A DNA stretch of 64,000 bases from positions 87,484-151,483 of the forward strand of contig NZ_CABQHE010000002.1 of NCBI RefSeq assembly GCF_902463925.1. Reading direction: 5' to 3'. This document shows positions 60,750-64,000 of this stretch, piece by piece (positions within the stretch are counted from its first letter, which is position 1; each line of letters opens with the position of its first letter). The position numbers and the translations under genes were made by a program. Below the pieces are notes generated by a model. The model searched no databases. It was not told where the DNA came from and saw nothing but the letters and a program-made list of their open reading frames with translations. This DNA comes from an uncultured Streptococcus sp. Its GTDB lineage: Bacteria; Bacillota; Bacilli; Lactobacillales; Streptococcaceae.

Positions 60750-62135
60750 ATGAGTATTTTTCGTAAAAAGAATGTCGGTTTGGCTCAAACCGAGATGAAA
60801 CGGCATCTGACCCTTAGGGATGTCGTCCTCTTGGGGATTGGTGCCATGGTCGGAACCGGTATCTTTACCATTACTGGTACCGCAGCATCAACCTTGGCAG
60901 GTCCAGCCCTGATTATTTCGGTTTTGATTTCAGCCGTTTGTGTGGGTATGTCGGCTATTTTCTTTGCTGAGTTTGCCTCACGCTATCCATCGGCTGGTGG
61001 CGTTTATGGTTATCTCTATGCTTCTTGGGGTGAGTACCCTGCTTGGATGGGCGGATGGCTTACAATGATCGTTTTCATGAACGCCGTGTCTAGTGTTGCC
61101 TCTGGTTGGGGAGCCTACCTCAAGGGACTCTTGGCAAGCTTTGGTCTACAGCTCCCCAAGGCTATCAGTGGCCCTTTTAATCCGAGTCAGGGAACCTATA
61201 TTGACCTATTGCCAGTCTTGGTTTTGGTGCTTGTGACGGCTCTCCTCCTCATGGATTCCAAACAAGTCCTTCGTTTGAACTCACTCCTAGTGGTGCTTAA
61301 GTTCTCTGCCTTGGCGGTTTTCATCCTGGTTGGTCTTTTCCATCTTAATCCAGACAACTGGGCTAACTTTGCACCATTTGGCTTTGGTCAAATTTATGGT
61401 GGTAAGACGGGGATTATAGCAGGTGCTTCTCTCATGTTCTTTGGTTTTCTTGGATTTGAATCCATCTCTATGACAGTAGATGAGATTAAGGAACCGCAAA
61501 AGAATGTTCCTCGAGGTATTGTTCTTGCTTTGATTATCGTCGCTTCACTTTATGCAGTGGTTTCATTAGTCTTGACGGGAGTTGTCCACTATACCAAGTT
61601 AAATGTCGATGATGCCGTAGCTTATGCCCTTCGCTACATTGGTGTGCCATGGGCAGCCAATTATGTATCGGTAGTTGCTATTATGACCTTGATTACGGTA
61701 TGTATTTCAATGGCCTACGCCCTTAGCCGTATGGTTTATAGCTTGGCGCGTGATGGATTTCTTCCACAAACTTTCCAAAAGGTTTCAAAGACTAATAAGG
61801 TTCCACATCATGCGACACTTTTGACAGGCGTATTGTCAGCCATCTCAGCAGGTGTTTTCTCCTTGGCCAATATGGCATCCTTGGTTAACATTGCGACCTT
61901 GGCTTACTTAGTTCTCTTGGCTATTGCCCTCATTATTCTTCGTAAGGACAAGGGCTTGCCACAGAAGGATGAGTTCAAGGTTCCATTTGTTCCGGTCTTG
62001 CCTATTATTTCAATTATCGTCTGTATCTCCTTTATGAGTCAGTACAGTTGGCAGACATGGTTAGCCTTTGGTATAGCAGTGCTAATTGGTTCAGTTATCT
62101 ATGCCTTTTACGGTTACAAACATTCTAAGTATTAG
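60750..62135 (+). CDS. amino acid permease (APC superfamily)
   Basis: 461 aa, 12 TM. N-terminal LGIGAMVGTGIFTITG consensus of APC amino-acid transporters. Extended -10 (TGgTATAAT) upstream. Confidence 0.9.
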   Translation: MSIFRKKNVGLAQTEMKRHLTLRDVVLLGIGAMVGTGIFTITGTAASTLAGPALIISVLISAVCVGMSAIFFAEFASRYPSAGGVYGYLYASWGEYPAWMGGWLTMIVFMNAVSSVASGWGAYLKGLLASFGLQLPKAISGPFNPSQGTYIDLLPVLVLVLVTALLLMDSKQVLRLNSLLVVLKFSALAVFILVGLFHLNPDNWANFAPFGFGQIYGGKTGIIAGASLMFFGFLGFESISMTVDEIKEPQKNVPRGIVLALIIVASLYAVVSLVLTGVVHYTKLNVDDAVAYALRYIGVPWAANYVSVVAIMTLITVCISMAYALSRMVYSLARDGFLPQTFQKVSKTNKVPHHATLLTGVLSAISAGVFSLANMASLVNIATLAYLVLLAIALIILRKDKGLPQKDEFKVPFVPVLPIISIIVCISFMSQYSWQTWLAFGIAVLIGSVIYAFYGYKHSKY

Positions 62136-62138
62136 GAT

Positions 62139-62175
62139 GAAAATGGTAGAGCCCTTTTGGTCTACCATTTTTTGA
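62139..62175 (+). terminator. rho-independent terminator after the permease
   Basis: AAATGGTAGAGCC-cttt-TGGTCTACCATTT followed by TTTTG. Confidence 0.6.
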
Positions 62176-62732
62176 TATTTGGAGTAGAGATAGACTATCT
62201 CGCAATTTGGTTTTGGTGGTACAAAAGACAGTAACTAGCTCACCTTTTGCCTTATATGCGGTTAGCTAGGTCCCATTGCCCAAGTAAAATACCGTTTGTA
62301 TTATTGAAACAACTAAAGTTGTGGTTCTTCCTTTTAAACAAGTTAGCGTTGATCATGCATAGAAAGAAAGTGAAGGAGATTGAAGCCTAGCTTACTGGTA
62401 AAATATTCATGAAAATCTCTTTAGCCAATGCTTGCATGAGTCAGGAACGACGTTCAATAATGAAGGGGTAGTTGTTTTGGAAGAGTTTAGAGTTATCTAG
62501 CCTAGAGATCGAAAGTTCCTAATATCTTGGGGCTTTTTTACTTTAAGGAAAGATTAACTTTTCTTAAAGTCTTGTCTTAGCTTCCTTTGTCCTTAAAGGA
62601 AACAAGTATTCTCGTAAGAAATTTCAGTTTATAAAACAAATGATAGATTGTAAAATATAGTGCAACAAAAAACTCATAGCGTTTCATTGTGTAAACTGTA
62701 AGTAACCACACAAATAGAATCCGAGAAAAACT

Positions 62733-63282
62733 ATGAGCTACTCTCATCTTACCATAACCGACCGAATAAAGATGGAAACCTATAAAACCATCTATAACTG
62801 GCTCTATGCTGGTTTGATTGATCTGGATTTGAGCGTCCTTCGTCGTAAAGGAAAAAGTCGACAGCCCAAAGAAACAGGTGGAAGATTTAGAATTGGTACA
62901 CCAAATACCAAACGTCCCAAAGAGGTCCGGGATAGTGAAACTTTTGGCCGTTGGGAACTTGATACTGTGGTGTCTTCCAGAGGCAAAAGCAAAGGGTGTT
63001 TAGCGACTTTTCTGGAGCGAAAAACGCGCTTTTACTTAGCTTTCAAGATACCAGATAGAACAGCCAAATCCATGTTTTCAGCCATCGAACAACGCGGACG
63101 CCTATTCATCTTGGTAGAGAGGAAGCAATGAGAACGCAAATGGCTTACCAAGAGAATATTTCCCAAAGAAAATGGATTTAGCCACTATCTCTGATGAGGC
63201 ATTGAACAAGACCAATCACCGACCATGAAAATATTTAGCTTACAGAACTGCTTGTGAAGCTTTAATGGATGAGTTAGAGTAA
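62733..63282 (+). mobile_element. IS30-family transposase remnant (internal deletion, frameshift and stop)
   Basis: …FGRWELDTVVSSRGKSKGCLATFLERKTRFY… (DDE region). After a frame change, ENANGLPREYFPKK…ISDEALNKTNHRP*KYLAYRTACEALMDELE* (IS30 C-terminus). The N-terminal HTH is mostly missing. Confidence 0.75.
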
Positions 63283-63840
63283 ATGTTGCACTTATTCTTG
63301 CAATTTATCGTTTATTTTTATAATTAGGCCTCATGCATCTCATCATATAAGTACAAGAATAATTACAAGAAGTTACTATCGGTTACCGCTACACATATTC
63401 TTTTACAAAAAACACAACCTAATTCGTCATTTTTGTCTCCAAAAGCATGGATGTTAACGATGATGTAAATAAAGATATTCTTAGTATCATTATTACGGAT
63501 AATATTCGTCTAATTATATTAACCTCTCTTAATGATATTTCTAGAGGTCCAACCTTTTGAAATTTGATTGTTCTTCTCAAAAAGTGATTTCACTTTGAAA
63601 TGTACTCAGTTTGTCGCCAAATTATCTATTTCTGTTTTATATTACTATTTATATCTGAATTATTTACCTTTTCGATTTCATAAACTTCAAATCTTAAATT
63701 GCTTGTTAGCTTTGTATTTTATAATTGAAATTGAACAAAAATCTCTTCCCATCTTTATATATTGAGTTATAATTTCATAAATTTTAAATAGATTGAAATC
63801 ACTAATCTAGTTATTTATAATCTAGATTAGAAGGAGGTAT

Positions 63841-64000
63841 TATGTTTAAATTAATGGATGTCACTCTCAGAGAAGGTAGCTATGTAGTAAATAATACATT
63901 AACTAAATCTGAATCAAAAAAATTAGTTCATGAACTTAACAAAGCAAAAATTGACTTAATTGAAATCGGTTATCTAGGTAATATTTCTAAGGATTCTGGT
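63841..64000 (+). CDS. 5' end of a gene for a DRE-TIM-type metallolyase (HMGL/4-hydroxy-2-oxovalerate-aldolase-like), truncated by the window edge
   Basis: AAGGAGGT RBS. MFKLMDVTLREGSY… resembles the DxTLRDGxQ start of pyruvate-carboxyltransferase-domain enzymes. Sits in a strongly AT-rich segment. Confidence 0.4.

Overview
This 64-kb window looks like a low-GC streptococcal chromosome (the base mix looks roughly 40% GC, not computed). The gene content (glgBCDAP operon, bifunctional gshF/gshAB, Vex123-VncRS-like module, sbcCD, dhaKLM, dexB-galE) fits the Streptococcus salivarius/thermophilus group; this is an inference and no database search was run. Conserved housekeeping and transport genes alternate with marked gene decay: a frameshifted ABC ATPase, IS3- and IS30-family transposase remnants, a pdxT tail, a glucan-binding YG-repeat C-terminus with frameshifts, a VOC fragment, and a truncated secY2.

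Most notable items:
1. A deletion scar of an accessory-Sec / serine-rich-repeat-adhesin locus: an intact Gly-like GT2+GT8 glycosyltransferase, then secY2 broken at about codon 290 and joined out of frame to an orphan LPXTG sorting signal.
2. A 1940-aa IgA1-protease/ZmpB-type M26 zinc metalloprotease (YSIRK signal, N-terminal LPKTG anchor, tandem 20-aa repeats, G5 domains, HETTH zinc motif) bracketed by IS3 remnants, i.e. a small island.
3. Two overlapping genes for membrane-anchored proteins of unrecognisable family, where the second has a TTG start with a perfect Shine-Dalgarno inside the first gene.
4. A promoter, then a short hairpin, then a 136-nt nested multi-stem RNA-like element ahead of a heterodimeric ABC exporter.
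5. A strong consensus promoter driving only small overlapping peptide ORFs.
6. An AT-rich segment at the right edge that begins a DRE-TIM-type gene next to a dead IS30.

All calls rest on reading the sequence and the ORF translations. No homology searches or structure predictions were run.
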